DNA from: Clostridia bacterium
Lineage (GTDB): Bacteria; Bacillota; Clostridia; Oscillospirales; CAG-382
Assembly: GCA_017563195.1 (NCBI GenBank)
Contig: JAFXDO010000048.1
Location: forward strand, 1,876-65,875
Direction of reading: 5' to 3'
DNA: 64,000 nt
The notes beneath the pieces were generated by a model. That model was not told the DNA's origin. It did not search any database and saw only the letters and a list, made by a program, of their open reading frames with translations. This document shows positions 34,767-44,680 of this stretch, in pieces. The position numbers were made by a program, and so were the translations under genes. Each line of letters starts with the position of its first letter. Positions within the stretch are counted from its first letter, which is position 1.

Positions 34767-35969
34767 ATGCTTTACAACAATCTACCGAAGGAGCTTGAGG
34801 AGAAGATGCTTGCCGACTTAAAAAGCGGCAGTCTGCCCGAATACGGCTTTGACAGCGCAAACGCATTGCGCCGCAACGCCTCTCACGATAAGCCCACTAC
34901 CCTTAGAACTGCGTTTATACGCGATGCCGAAAAGATATTGCATTGCCCGTATTACAACCGCTACGCCGACAAAACGCAGGTCTTTTCGTTTTACAAAAAC
35001 GACGACATAACAAGGCGCGCTCTGCACGTTCAGCTGGTATCGCGGATCGCACGCACCATCGGACGCGCGCTCAATCTGGAGCTCGATCTTATTGAAGCGA
35101 TCGCGCTGGGGCACGACATCGGGCACACCCCGTTCGGGCACGCCGGAGAAAGCTTTCTCGATTCGCTTTTGTATGCAGAATCGGGCAGGCATTTTTCGCA
35201 CAACATCCATTCGGTCCGCGTGCTCGACGAGATATTTCCTCTCAACCTTACCCTGCAGACGCTTAACGGGATAGCATCGCACGACGGCGAAATGGAGCTT
35301 GACGAGTACCGACCGAAAGAGATATCGGGTTTTGAGGAATTCGATTCCCTGATAAAGCTCTGCAACGAGGACAAAGCCAACGTCAGAAGGCTCATCCCCT
35401 GCACGCTTGAGGGCTGTGTCGTGCGCATTTCCGACATCATCGCTTATCTCGGCAAGGATCGGCAGGATGCCGAAAGAGCCAAGCTTCAAAGCGGCGACGC
35501 GTATACCGACGGAACCATCGGGAAATCGAACTCCGAGATCATCAACAATCTCACCGTGAACATCGTCACCCACAGCTACAACAAGCCCTACATCAAGATG
35601 GACAAGGCGCATTTCGACGCGCTTAAGCAGGCGAAAAACGACAATTACGCCTTGATATACAAGACCGAAAGTGTCGAAGCGGCGCTGAAGGGCATCATCG
35701 CACCGATGATGAGCGACATTTTCTACAAAATGCTCGACGACCTCAAAAAGGGAGACAAGACCTCGCCCGTGTACAGGCACCATATAGCCTTCGTCGACAG
35801 GCCCTACTATGCCGAAAAGCGCAGAGAGCCCTATCTTAATTCGCCGCACGAGACGATCGTTGCCGACTACATCGCGAGCATGACCGACGATTATCTTATC
35901 GATCTGCACGCACATCTTTTCCCGAACAGCTCGCTGACTATTGAATACAAAGGATATTTCGATGATTAA
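34767..35969 (+). CDS. dGTP triphosphohydrolase-like HD-domain protein
   Basis: GAGGTG RBS before ATG 34767. HD motif ALGHDIGHTPFGHAGE, plus HNIHSVRV and SHDGE. Confidence 0.8.
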   Translation: MLYNNLPKELEEKMLADLKSGSLPEYGFDSANALRRNASHDKPTTLRTAFIRDAEKILHCPYYNRYADKTQVFSFYKNDDITRRALHVQLVSRIARTIGRALNLELDLIEAIALGHDIGHTPFGHAGESFLDSLLYAESGRHFSHNIHSVRVLDEIFPLNLTLQTLNGIASHDGEMELDEYRPKEISGFEEFDSLIKLCNEDKANVRRLIPCTLEGCVVRISDIIAYLGKDRQDAERAKLQSGDAYTDGTIGKSNSEIINNLTVNIVTHSYNKPYIKMDKAHFDALKQAKNDNYALIYKTESVEAALKGIIAPMMSDIFYKMLDDLKKGDKTSPVYRHHIAFVDRPYYAEKRREPYLNSPHETIVADYIASMTDDYLIDLHAHLFPNSSLTIEYKGYFDD

Positions 35970-36618
35970 AGGCGTTATTTTCGATTTTGACGGAACCCTG
36001 TTCGACACGATGCCCTTTTGGGCAAAGCTCGGGTTGAGTATGATAAAAAAGGCGGGGCTCACCCCGATCGAGGGGCTCGACGATGCCGTGCTCTTTATGA
36101 CGCTTGAGGAAAGCTGTCAATTCATAAAAAAGGAATATCACCTCGAGCAGACCGTCGAGGAGCTTATAGACAACGTCGTAAGCGAGGTGACGCAGTTTTA
36201 CTGCCTTGAGGCGAAGCCGAAGGACGGGGTGTGCGAGCTTCTGCACGAGCTTAAGCGGCGCGGCATAAAATGCGTAGTCGCGACGGCAAGCGACAGAAGG
36301 CTCATCGAGATCGCGCTCAAGCGGCATAGGCTTTACGAATGCTTCGACCGAATATTCACCTGCTCGGAGCTTGGTCTGAACAAGCGAAGCGGCGAAATAT
36401 ACGAGCGCTGTGCCTCGCACATGGGGCTTACCCCCGAAACGACCGCCGTGTTCGAGGACATCCTCGTCGCGACGCGCTCTGCGAAGGAGTCGGGCTTTTT
36501 CACCGTTGCCGTCGAGGATATCGAAAGCGCCGAGGACAAGGAAGAAATAATTAAGCTCGCCGACCTGTATATCCCAAGCGGCGGAGATTTTGATGCGTTT
36601 TGGAGCTGTATTGAATGA
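35962..36618 (+). CDS. HAD-superfamily hydrolase (beta-phosphoglucomutase-like subfamily IA)
   Basis: MIKGVIFDFDGTLFDT (motif I DxDGT). The ATG at 35962 overlaps the upstream stop by 8 nt. Confidence 0.8.
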   Translation: MIKGVIFDFDGTLFDTMPFWAKLGLSMIKKAGLTPIEGLDDAVLFMTLEESCQFIKKEYHLEQTVEELIDNVVSEVTQFYCLEAKPKDGVCELLHELKRRGIKCVVATASDRRLIEIALKRHRLYECFDRIFTCSELGLNKRSGEIYERCASHMGLTPETTAVFEDILVATRSAKESGFFTVAVEDIESAEDKEEIIKLADLYIPSGGDFDAFWSCIE

Positions 36619-37241
36619 AAAAATGTGTGATAATCGGCGGTGCACCGATAAATGATTACGAAAATACAAGGCGTCACATCGGAGACGACGACTTCGTGAT
36701 AGTCTGCGATTGCGGGCTTAAGCATCTTGACGGGCTGAAGCTCGAGCCGAGCCTTATCGTCGGCGATTTCGACTCGCACAAGCGTCCCGAGATCGACGTC
36801 GAAACCATCGTGCTCCCCCGCGAAAAGGACGATACCGACACCTTTTTCGCGGTCAAGGAGGCGGTCGCACGCGGCTTTGACGACTTTTTGCTCGTCGGAG
36901 TGATCGGCAAGCGAATCGACCACAGCCTCGCCAATCTTTCGATACTGCTGTATCTCGACGATCTGAAGCTGCGCGCAAGGGCTTTGGACGATTATTCGTC
37001 GCTCGAGATAGTCTCTCGGCAGGTTGCGCTCGTCGACGACTCGCACCCCTTCTTTTCGTTGCTCGCCATCGACGGCAAGGCGGGCGGAATCAGCATAAAA
37101 AACGCGCTCTTCCCTCTCGAAAACGGAGTTATCTCGCCCGACTATCAATACGGTGTAAGCAACGAGGTTTTGAAGGGAGAAACCGCCGAGATCCGTGTTT
37201 CAAGCGGCAGGCTTTTGCTTGTGAAGGTAATAAAGGAATAA
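36615..37241 (+). CDS. thiN: Thiamine diphosphokinase
   Basis: IVGDFDS, EKDDTDT and GRIDHSLANL motifs of thiamine pyrophosphokinases. ATGA overlap start. Confidence 0.85.
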   Translation: MKKCVIIGGAPINDYENTRRHIGDDDFVIVCDCGLKHLDGLKLEPSLIVGDFDSHKRPEIDVETIVLPREKDDTDTFFAVKEAVARGFDDFLLVGVIGKRIDHSLANLSILLYLDDLKLRARALDDYSSLEIVSRQVALVDDSHPFFSLLAIDGKAGGISIKNALFPLENGVISPDYQYGVSNEVLKGETAEIRVSSGRLLLVKVIKE

Positions 37242-37270
37242 AAAAAGGGCTGCGGTTGCAGCCTTTTTTG
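37241..37270. terminator. Bidirectional terminator
   Basis: aaaaaa-gggctgc-ggtt-gcagcc-tttttt. Confidence 0.8.
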
Positions 37271-37271
37271 T

Positions 37272-38087
37272 TTATCTTGCTTCCTGCATCTTTTCGGTCA
37301 TTCTCGCGATCTGGCTTTCGAAGAAATTTACGTAGTTTTCGTAAAAATAATTCGTATCGGTGGAGGAATCCCCGATTATCGCGATCAGCTCGAGCGCCTT
37401 TTCGGTCTCGCCTATCGCAGACGCATATTCGCCCTTCTCCTCGAAGCATTCGGCGAGGTGCCACATCATCTGTATCAGATTCTCGAACGACACCCATTTC
37501 TGCTTTTCCGCCGCTTCGTATTTCGCGCTTCCGTTAAGCACGTAAGCTATCTCGGTAAGTCGCGTAAAATATATCTCGGGGATCTGCTCGATAGCCCTTT
37601 TCGCGCTGTGCATATCGCCCTTTGCCTTATAGGAATACGCAAGAAAGCGCAGAGCGTCGTATTTGATGCCGTGATCGGTCGCCTTTTCGATAAGCTTTGT
37701 CGCTATCCCTATCGCCTCGTCGGGATTTCCCGAATAGTCGATAACGTAAAGCAGGTTATTGAGAAGTATATCGTTTTCGGGATATTTGCGGAGTCCCGAT
37801 TCGAGTATGCGTCTACTCTGCTCGGGGTCGCTCTGACGGTATTTGTACGCCTCGTCGGCTATACGCTCGACCTCCTGCTCGATCTCCTGCAGATTAAAAT
37901 CGAAAAGCTCGTCCATCGTCACACCGAAATAGCTTGCAAGTATCGGCGCAAGGCTGATATCGGGCAGTGCGATGTTGTTTTCCCATTTGCTGACAGCCTG
38001 AAAGGATATCCCTATGCTCGTGGCAAGCTGCTCCTGCGTGATGCCGCGTTGCTTTCTTAGTTCTCTGATCTTGTTTCCTATGTTCAT
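37272..38087 (-). CDS. XRE-family HTH regulator fused to a TPR-like helical repeat domain
   Basis: N-terminus IRELRKQRGITQEQLATSIGISFQAVSKWEN (Cro/C1 HTH), followed by about 200 aa of helical repeats. Confidence 0.75.
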   Translation of the reverse strand: MNIGNKIRELRKQRGITQEQLATSIGISFQAVSKWENNIALPDISLAPILASYFGVTMDELFDFNLQEIEQEVERIADEAYKYRQSDPEQSRRILESGLRKYPENDILLNNLLYVIDYSGNPDEAIGIATKLIEKATDHGIKYDALRFLAYSYKAKGDMHSAKRAIEQIPEIYFTRLTEIAYVLNGSAKYEAAEKQKWVSFENLIQMMWHLAECFEEKGEYASAIGETEKALELIAIIGDSSTDTNYFYENYVNFFESQIARMTEKMQEAR

Positions 38088-38298
38088 ACGTTCCCCGTTT
38101 TTTCAGTAGTTCCAACAGTATAGCATTATATTTTCGTTTTTTCAATAACCTCGCAAACGACTCCTGCTCAACTCTCGGTTGAAGAAAAAATTTCAATGCT
38201 TTTTGTGAATAAAAAAGTCGGGAAATGCACATAACATTACAAATCCAACACAATTGTGTGCTACGATTTTAAAAATATACAAAAAACGGAGGATATAA

Positions 38299-40281
38299 AT
38301 GAAAAAGAGAAAAAGCCCGAGAATGATTTCGATTATTCTCGCTGTATTGATGACGCTTACCCTTTTTGCCGCCTGCGGCGATAAGGAGGGCGATAATTCC
38401 ACCGGAGAAAGCATCAAGGACGATATTTCGGACCTCGAAAGCTCGATAATGGACGACGTTTCGTCTATGCTTCCCGATCTGTCCGACGGCATCGTTTCCG
38501 ACAACGCGTCCGACGGATTCATTTCCGACGGCAGCTCCGATGACAGCTCCGACGCAGACGTAAGCGACGACTCCCCGATTCCCGACGAAAGCGGCACCGT
38601 TTCGGTGCCCGACGGGTCGGAGGATCCCGACGATGATGACGATCCCGACGTCGAGGAGCTTGACGCGTTCAGGCTCTCAAGCATCGACGATCTCACCGAC
38701 GAAAGCGGCAGCAGAAGCTACACGGTATACGCGCCATACACCGACGAATACACGCTCGAATGCGAAAACGTCAAGAGGCTGACGATCACGCAAAAGGGCG
38801 AGACGATCAAAAAGGGCAACGGCAAGCTTTCGGTATCGTTGAAGGCGGACGAGATCTACACGCTTACCGTCACCACCGACGAAAAGAATCAGGATTTCAA
38901 GATCACCACCACCGCAAAGAACCACGTCGTAACGCTTCCCTACGGTGTTGCCGATCCCATCTCGGTCAAAGACCTTGATCTTTACGGCAACGGCGAAAAT
39001 CCCCTTACCGCCGCAGAGGTCAACTACATAAAGCGAAAGGGCGGCACCTACGTTTATTCCAACAACCCCGAGCAGTTCCGCCCCGAGCACGTCAACAAGG
39101 CGTTTATGCGCAACGACGGTCTGACCGGCGAGGTCTACGTCACATTTGAGCACGCGAACTATTCGGGCTCGGACGTTTATCTCGGCTATCAGCTCAAGAA
39201 CAACGGCGATCACGACGTTTACATCACCATTACGAACGTCGGTTATCAGTGGATCGGCACCTGGTTCGGTCAGCTTGCGTGGTATAATTTCTACAACACC
39301 TCGTTCAATCTTCCCGACGACTACTTCAGCTCCAACGGCGCGATCGCACCGAAATACGCAGGGCTCGATTACGCATACCGCGACTATAATCCCCGCGTTT
39401 ATCAGCCCACGACCTACCGTCTCCCCGCAGGAGAATACATCTGGGTCATCGGCGGAACCTCGGCGGATGCCTACCGTAACATTAACGTCGACAACTCGGC
39501 AAACCGATTCGTCAACAACATACGCTGTGCGAACGGCAACGTAAAGTTCACCGTAACGGGCGGCGAGGTCAGCGGCACAATGTATTGCTACAACAACGTC
39601 TCGAAGATCGCGGGCGATCCCGCACCGCTCGGCTACGTTGCCGCGGGATATGCACAGCAGTACTCTGGCATCGCATACCATCACGGCATCATCGACAACT
39701 ATATGACCTGGACCTTCAACGATTCGTCCAAGGCGGGCATGCTTCCCGTAACCTACACCACCGAATACGCCGACAGCGTTCCCTCGAGCGCGGCGCCCTA
39801 TTTCGCGTACAACAGCACCCCGCACACGGTCAACTCGACGAGCTGGATGACCCACCTTAACCCGCAGAACAACCATCAGGCGGTCGGTATGGACATGGTT
39901 GAATTCATCTGGCACGATCAGAAGGGAAACGAGGTGGTCATCGACAACCACCACGCCGACGGCGGCGGAACCCCTGCAAACACGGCGAACTGGATGATCG
40001 AATATCAGGACCATTTCACCTTCGTCAATCAGGGCGACACAGAACGCAAGGTCACGCTTCACCTGCGCGACCACGGCACTCTCGCGATACTCATCCGCGA
40101 CAGCGTCACGGGCGAGGTCATCGATAATGCCTACACCGCAGGTCTCGGCGAAAACGGTGCGTACAGCAACTTCCAATACGAGATCACCATCCCCGCTCAC
40201 AGCGTCAAGCAGATAACCCTCGATTATCTCCTCGTCGCCTGCTCCTACGGCAGCGTCGTTCACTCTGCAGCACTTAAGTAA
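38299..40281 (+). CDS. Large lipoprotein of unknown function (660 aa)
   Basis: Lipobox LTLFAAC and GGAGG RBS. A long D/S-rich acidic linker is followed by a C-terminal region of about 480 aa that is beta-rich by composition and has no motif I recognise. Confidence 0.6.
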   Translation: MKKRKSPRMISIILAVLMTLTLFAACGDKEGDNSTGESIKDDISDLESSIMDDVSSMLPDLSDGIVSDNASDGFISDGSSDDSSDADVSDDSPIPDESGTVSVPDGSEDPDDDDDPDVEELDAFRLSSIDDLTDESGSRSYTVYAPYTDEYTLECENVKRLTITQKGETIKKGNGKLSVSLKADEIYTLTVTTDEKNQDFKITTTAKNHVVTLPYGVADPISVKDLDLYGNGENPLTAAEVNYIKRKGGTYVYSNNPEQFRPEHVNKAFMRNDGLTGEVYVTFEHANYSGSDVYLGYQLKNNGDHDVYITITNVGYQWIGTWFGQLAWYNFYNTSFNLPDDYFSSNGAIAPKYAGLDYAYRDYNPRVYQPTTYRLPAGEYIWVIGGTSADAYRNINVDNSANRFVNNIRCANGNVKFTVTGGEVSGTMYCYNNVSKIAGDPAPLGYVAAGYAQQYSGIAYHHGIIDNYMTWTFNDSSKAGMLPVTYTTEYADSVPSSAAPYFAYNSTPHTVNSTSWMTHLNPQNNHQAVGMDMVEFIWHDQKGNEVVIDNHHADGGGTPANTANWMIEYQDHFTFVNQGDTERKVTLHLRDHGTLAILIRDSVTGEVIDNAYTAGLGENGAYSNFQYEITIPAHSVKQITLDYLLVACSYGSVVHSAALK

Positions 40282-40298
40282 ACGGAAAAAGCAAAAAA

Positions 40299-40338
40299 GA
40301 TCCTCGCTTCGTTTTTATGAAGCGGGGATCTTTGTATT
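40299..40338. terminator. Bidirectional terminator
   Basis: Stem gatcctcgcttc / gaagcggggatc with loop gtttttat, flanked by an A-run and a T-rich tail. Confidence 0.75.
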
Positions 40339-41529
40339 TTACTGTATCGTGGTTGCGAGCTTCCAGCGCTCGATATCGCGAGAAAGCAAAGCGCGTTCGA
40401 TCTGCTTGAGTGCGTACGGGAGGCGGTAGCGTTCAATGGGCTTATATTTCTTCAAAAGCTCCGAGCCGAGAACGAACATCGCGTCGACGGCATCGCTGTC
40501 CATATTCGCAAACGTGTTATAATAAAACGAGCCGAGGTGTCGCAGCAGCAGCTTATAAAACACGACGTCGCGAGGCAGTCCCATCGCCTCGGTCTCCTCT
40601 ATACAGCGCTCCAATATCCAGTAGCGCTGAACCGACCTGTCGGGCGCCTTGGACTGAATATGCGAAAAGTTCTTTTCATACCAGCGGTATTCGTACTTTA
40701 CCTTTGGGATATACTCGAAGCTTTTCACAAAACGGAACGCGAGGAAGTGTATTATCGTATCCTCGTACCAATAACCCGGGATAAAGCGAACCGAATCGAA
40801 AATTTCGCGTTTATAGACCTTGCACCAGGGCAAGCCCGGAAAATTCCAGAGGTAGTCGCCGTCCTTATACCGCATCAGGTTATACTTGGGGTAAATATTC
40901 GGAGTGACCGAAAGCACCCTTCCGTCTGCCTGCTTCGACAGATTGTGGCCGCACATTACCATATCGAGGTCCTTTTCGACAGCGACCGACATAAGCGTCT
41001 CGACGATGTCCTCGTGCACGATATCGTCGCAGTCGATGAACATATAATATCTGCCGCGTGCGTTATCGAGTCCGGTGTTGCGCGCCGCGCCGATACCGCC
41101 GTTTTCCCGATGTATGACCCTGACCCTCGGGTCATCCTTATAACGCTTCAGAATCTCCTTCGCAGGCTGATCCGAGCCGTCGTCGACAAGGATAAGCTCG
41201 TAATTGAATCGGGTCTTCTGATTCAGCGCCGCATCGATGGTCTGTCCGATAAGGTCTTCATAATTATATATCGGCATAATGACCGACAGGTCGATGCTGT
41301 CGTCGAGCGGAAGATTGACACGGCTTACAGGCTCGTCGGTTCGCGGATACAGCCTTGAAATGATGTCCCTCGCCTCGCTTGCGTCAAGCGTCACGATGCG
41401 CGACGGGGCAAAAAGCCTCTTTAGGAAATATTTGGCGCAATAAAGGAAATATGCCAGAGTCGCCAGCACGACGCATATCCATTCGATCCTTATACGCTTG
41501 TAGAAGAATATGTAAAAGCCCTGCTTCAT
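40339..41529 (-). CDS. Family 2 glycosyltransferase with N-terminal TM helix
   Basis: SVIMPIYNYEDLIGQTIDAALNQ...ELILVDDGS and FIDCDD (DxD) motifs. Confidence 0.8.
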   Translation of the reverse strand: MKQGFYIFFYKRIRIEWICVVLATLAYFLYCAKYFLKRLFAPSRIVTLDASEARDIISRLYPRTDEPVSRVNLPLDDSIDLSVIMPIYNYEDLIGQTIDAALNQKTRFNYELILVDDGSDQPAKEILKRYKDDPRVRVIHRENGGIGAARNTGLDNARGRYYMFIDCDDIVHEDIVETLMSVAVEKDLDMVMCGHNLSKQADGRVLSVTPNIYPKYNLMRYKDGDYLWNFPGLPWCKVYKREIFDSVRFIPGYWYEDTIIHFLAFRFVKSFEYIPKVKYEYRWYEKNFSHIQSKAPDRSVQRYWILERCIEETEAMGLPRDVVFYKLLLRHLGSFYYNTFANMDSDAVDAMFVLGSELLKKYKPIERYRLPYALKQIERALLSRDIERWKLATTIQ

Positions 41530-42074
41530 CGGTCAAGTTCCTTGAATTTCGGGTGTTTTTTGTCCTTTTCGGAAAGCAATATCTCGGCGTCGACATCCGG
41601 CCATTCTATGCCGATATCGGGGTCGTTCCACATAACGCCGCCTTCGTCCTCGGGATGGTAAAACTCGTCGCATTTGTACACGAATTCGGCTTCGTCCGAG
41701 AGCACCAGAAAGCCGTGTGCAAATCCGCGCGGAACGTAAAACTGACGCTTATTTTCCTCGGAAAGCAGAACGCCTACCCATTTGCCGTAGGTCTCGCTGT
41801 CCTTACGCAGGTCGACCGCGACGTCGAAAACCTCGCCCTTGATAACGCGGACGAGCTTTGCCTGCGGAAACGTCTTTTGAAAATGGAGTCCGCGGAGCAC
41901 GCCCTTGCGCGATTTTGACTGGTTATCCTGAACGAAATCAGAGACGATTCCCGATGCCTTGAAGACCTCTGCCTGATAGGTCTCCATAAAATATCCGCGT
42001 GCATCTCCGAAAACCTTGGGCTCGACGATCACAACGCCGTCAACGTCGGTTTTGATAAAATTAAAGTTACTCAT
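41526..42074 (-). CDS. rfbC: dTDP-4-dehydrorhamnose 3,5-epimerase
   Basis: FGDARGYFMETY, RGLHFQ and PRGFAHGF motifs. Confidence 0.9.
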   Translation of the reverse strand: MSNFNFIKTDVDGVVIVEPKVFGDARGYFMETYQAEVFKASGIVSDFVQDNQSKSRKGVLRGLHFQKTFPQAKLVRVIKGEVFDVAVDLRKDSETYGKWVGVLLSEENKRQFYVPRGFAHGFLVLSDEAEFVYKCDEFYHPEDEGGVMWNDPDIGIEWPDVDAEILLSEKDKKHPKFKELDR

Positions 42075-42966
42075 TTACGCCGATCTCCTTGATATATCTT
42101 TCAAGCGCGTCGCGCCAATCCGGCAGCGGCGTGAATCCGTTTTCCTTAAGCTTGGCTTTGTCAAGCCTGCTGTTGAAGGGGCGCTTCGCCTTTGATGCGC
42201 CGTATTCAGCCGTGGTCACGGGGGTCACAGCCATATCCACACCCGCAGTCCTGAATATTTCACACGCAAAATCGTACCAGCTTATATATCCGCCCTCGTT
42301 CGTTGCGTGATAGCAGCCGTATTTTTCGGTTTCCGACATATCAACGAGCAGGCGTGCAAGGTCGAAGGTATAAGTAGGCGTGCCGATCTGGTCGCAAACC
42401 ACGCGGAGCGAGGAATATTTTTTGCTGAGCTTCAGCATCGTTTTAACAAAGTTGCTTCCGTTCCTGCCGAACACCCAAGCGATACGCACTATGAAATACC
42501 TGTCAAGCAGCTCACGCACCGCAAGCTCGCCCTCGAGCTTGGTCTGTCCGTAAACGTTTTGCGGCTTATACTCGGCACAGTCGGGCTCCCAAGGTGTATC
42601 GCCCTCTCCGTCAAAAACGTAGTCGGTCGATATATATATCATTTTGCATCCGCTTTCACTGCAGGCAAGCGCGATATTGCGGGTGCCGCTTGCATTTATG
42701 GCGCGCACCTTGCAAATATTTTCCTCATCCTCGGCGGCATCAACGGCAGTCCACGCCGCGCAATGGATCACCACGTCGGGGGAATATGCCTTTATCGCGT
42801 CGGAAACTGCGCAAGAATCGGTGATATCGAGACTTACGTAATCACAGTCGAGGCTTTCGCATTTTTCAAGTATATCCGAGCCCACACAACTATGTCCGCG
42901 CCTCTTCAATTCGTTGACCACGTCATATCCGAGCTGTCCGCCCACACCGGTTACAAAGTATTTCAT
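42067..42966 (-). CDS. rfbD: dTDP-4-dehydrorhamnose reductase
   Basis: TGVGGQLG Rossmann motif, VIHCAAWTAVD and STDYVFDG. Confidence 0.9.
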   Translation of the reverse strand: MKYFVTGVGGQLGYDVVNELKRRGHSCVGSDILEKCESLDCDYVSLDITDSCAVSDAIKAYSPDVVIHCAAWTAVDAAEDEENICKVRAINASGTRNIALACSESGCKMIYISTDYVFDGEGDTPWEPDCAEYKPQNVYGQTKLEGELAVRELLDRYFIVRIAWVFGRNGSNFVKTMLKLSKKYSSLRVVCDQIGTPTYTFDLARLLVDMSETEKYGCYHATNEGGYISWYDFACEIFRTAGVDMAVTPVTTAEYGASKAKRPFNSRLDKAKLKENGFTPLPDWRDALERYIKEIGVNE

Positions 42967-42977
42967 AGTGATTTACC

Positions 42978-43640
42978 TTAATCCTTCAGATGTGACTTGT
43001 AAAATTCGCTTTCAAAAAACGAATCATCGATTTCTTTTCCGAGAATATCACGATTTTTTATAATATCCTCAGGAGTCAATTTCGAATAATCGAATTTTAT
43101 CAATTTTTCTATGTATTTTTCCGGAAAACGATATTTAACAACTTTATTTCCGGCATATATCGCATAAGGAGGGACGTCCTTCGCGACAGTGCTTTGTGCC
43201 GCTATCACCGCGCCCTGACCGATATGTGCTCCGGACAGAATTGTCGCACCCATGCCTATCCACACGTCGTCTTCCACCACAATAGGGCCCTTAGTCGGAG
43301 TGCTATGAGGTACGCCTGTTTTAAAATATGCGTCGAACGGATACTGTGAAAGCGTATTTAAAGGATGATTACCGCCCGTAAGAAAGGTTACTCCTGCGGC
43401 AATAGAGCAAAAATGCCCTATTTGCAAACGTTCTGACGGATTGCCGTAATGATAAACATCTATGGTTCCGTAGGTATGGTTTCCTACTTCGGCAATCCAT
43501 CTATAGTCCGCTGTTGCCTTTGTGTAATTATGAGAATTGGCATTTCGCCACAATTCCTCGGCTTTTTTTCTGGCGTTTCGAGCTTCCAAATATCCTTTTA
43601 TAGTTTGAAGTGCATTTTTAATTGATTTAAACAAACCCAT
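42978..43640 (-). CDS. Hexapeptide-repeat (XAT/CatB-Vat-like) O-acetyltransferase
   Basis: Left-handed beta-helix repeats (IGHFCSIAAGV, VWIGMGATILSGAHIGQGAVIAAQSTV) and NHPLNTLSQYPF. GC is visibly lower than in the flanking rfb genes. Confidence 0.75.
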   Translation of the reverse strand: MGLFKSIKNALQTIKGYLEARNARKKAEELWRNANSHNYTKATADYRWIAEVGNHTYGTIDVYHYGNPSERLQIGHFCSIAAGVTFLTGGNHPLNTLSQYPFDAYFKTGVPHSTPTKGPIVVEDDVWIGMGATILSGAHIGQGAVIAAQSTVAKDVPPYAIYAGNKVVKYRFPEKYIEKLIKFDYSKLTPEDIIKNRDILGKEIDDSFFESEFYKSHLKD

Positions 43641-43651
43641 ACGAAGCCTCT

Positions 43652-44671
43652 TTATCTGTTTCCGTACATTTTTTCGTAGTAGCTTTTATATTCGCCCGAG
43701 ATGATGCTTTCCCACCATTCGCGGTTATTCAAATACCAATCGATGGTCTTCTTGATACCGTCCTCAAATCTTGTTTCGGGAAGCCATCCGAGCTCCTCGT
43801 TGATCTTCGTCGGGTCGATCGCATAGCGGAGGTCGTGGCCCTTACGGTCGGTGACGTAGGTAATAAGGCTTTCGGGCTTGCCGAGATAAGCGCAGATCAT
43901 CTTCACTATCTCGATATTCTGCTTTTCGTTATGACCGCCGACGTTATAGACCTCGCCTACCCTGCCCTTATGAATAATAAGGTCGATCGCCTTGCAATGA
44001 TCCTCGACGTAGAGCCAGTCGCGCACGTTTTTGCCCTCGCCGTAAACCGGCAACGGCTTGTCGTTCAGCGCGTTTGCGATCATCAAGGGTATGAGCTTTT
44101 CGGGGAAATGGTAGGGTCCGTAGTTGTTCGAGCAACGCGAGATCGTTACGGGAAGCCCATAGGTACGATGATACGCAAGCACCAGAAGGTCGGCAGACGC
44201 CTTGGACGACGAGTAGGGGCTGCTCGTGTGAAGCGGAGTCGTTTCGGTGAACAGAAGCTCGGGTCTGTCGAGCGGAAGATCGCCGTAGACCTCGTCGGTC
44301 GAGACCTGATGGTAGCGCTTGATGCCGTATTTCAAGCAAGCGTTAAGCAACACGGCGGTGCCCATAATATTCGTCTGCAGAAAGACCGTCGGGTCCTCGA
44401 TGCTCCTGTCAACGTGGCTTTCCGCCGCAAAGTTGACGATGACGTCGGGCTTTTCCTCTTCAAACAGCGCATTCACCGCCTCGGAATCGCAGATATCCGC
44501 CCTTACAAAGCGGAAATTGGGGTTATCCATAACCGATTCAAGCGTGCTGAGGTTACCCGCATAGGTCAGCTTATCCAGACAAACGATCCTATAATCGGGA
44601 TAGCGCTTGAGCATATGAAAAATAAAGTTGCTTCCTATAAATCCGGCGCCGCCGGTCACAATAATCGTCAT
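43652..44671 (-). CDS. rfbB: dTDP-glucose 4,6-dehydratase
   Basis: TGGAGFIGSNF, STDEVYG and YSSSKASAD catalytic motifs. Confidence 0.95.
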   Translation of the reverse strand: MTIIVTGGAGFIGSNFIFHMLKRYPDYRIVCLDKLTYAGNLSTLESVMDNPNFRFVRADICDSEAVNALFEEEKPDVIVNFAAESHVDRSIEDPTVFLQTNIMGTAVLLNACLKYGIKRYHQVSTDEVYGDLPLDRPELLFTETTPLHTSSPYSSSKASADLLVLAYHRTYGLPVTISRCSNNYGPYHFPEKLIPLMIANALNDKPLPVYGEGKNVRDWLYVEDHCKAIDLIIHKGRVGEVYNVGGHNEKQNIEIVKMICAYLGKPESLITYVTDRKGHDLRYAIDPTKINEELGWLPETRFEDGIKKTIDWYLNNREWWESIISGEYKSYYEKMYGNR

Positions 44672-44680
44672 ATTTGCCTC

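Noticed and set aside
34767-35969. The dGTPase-like HD protein as an anti-phage dNTP-depletion defence gene.
   Set aside because: It heads a tight housekeeping-looking string (HAD phosphatase, thiamine diphosphokinase) with overlapping starts and stops and normal GC. Nothing marks a defence island. It is most simply the conserved Firmicute dGTPase-like paralog.
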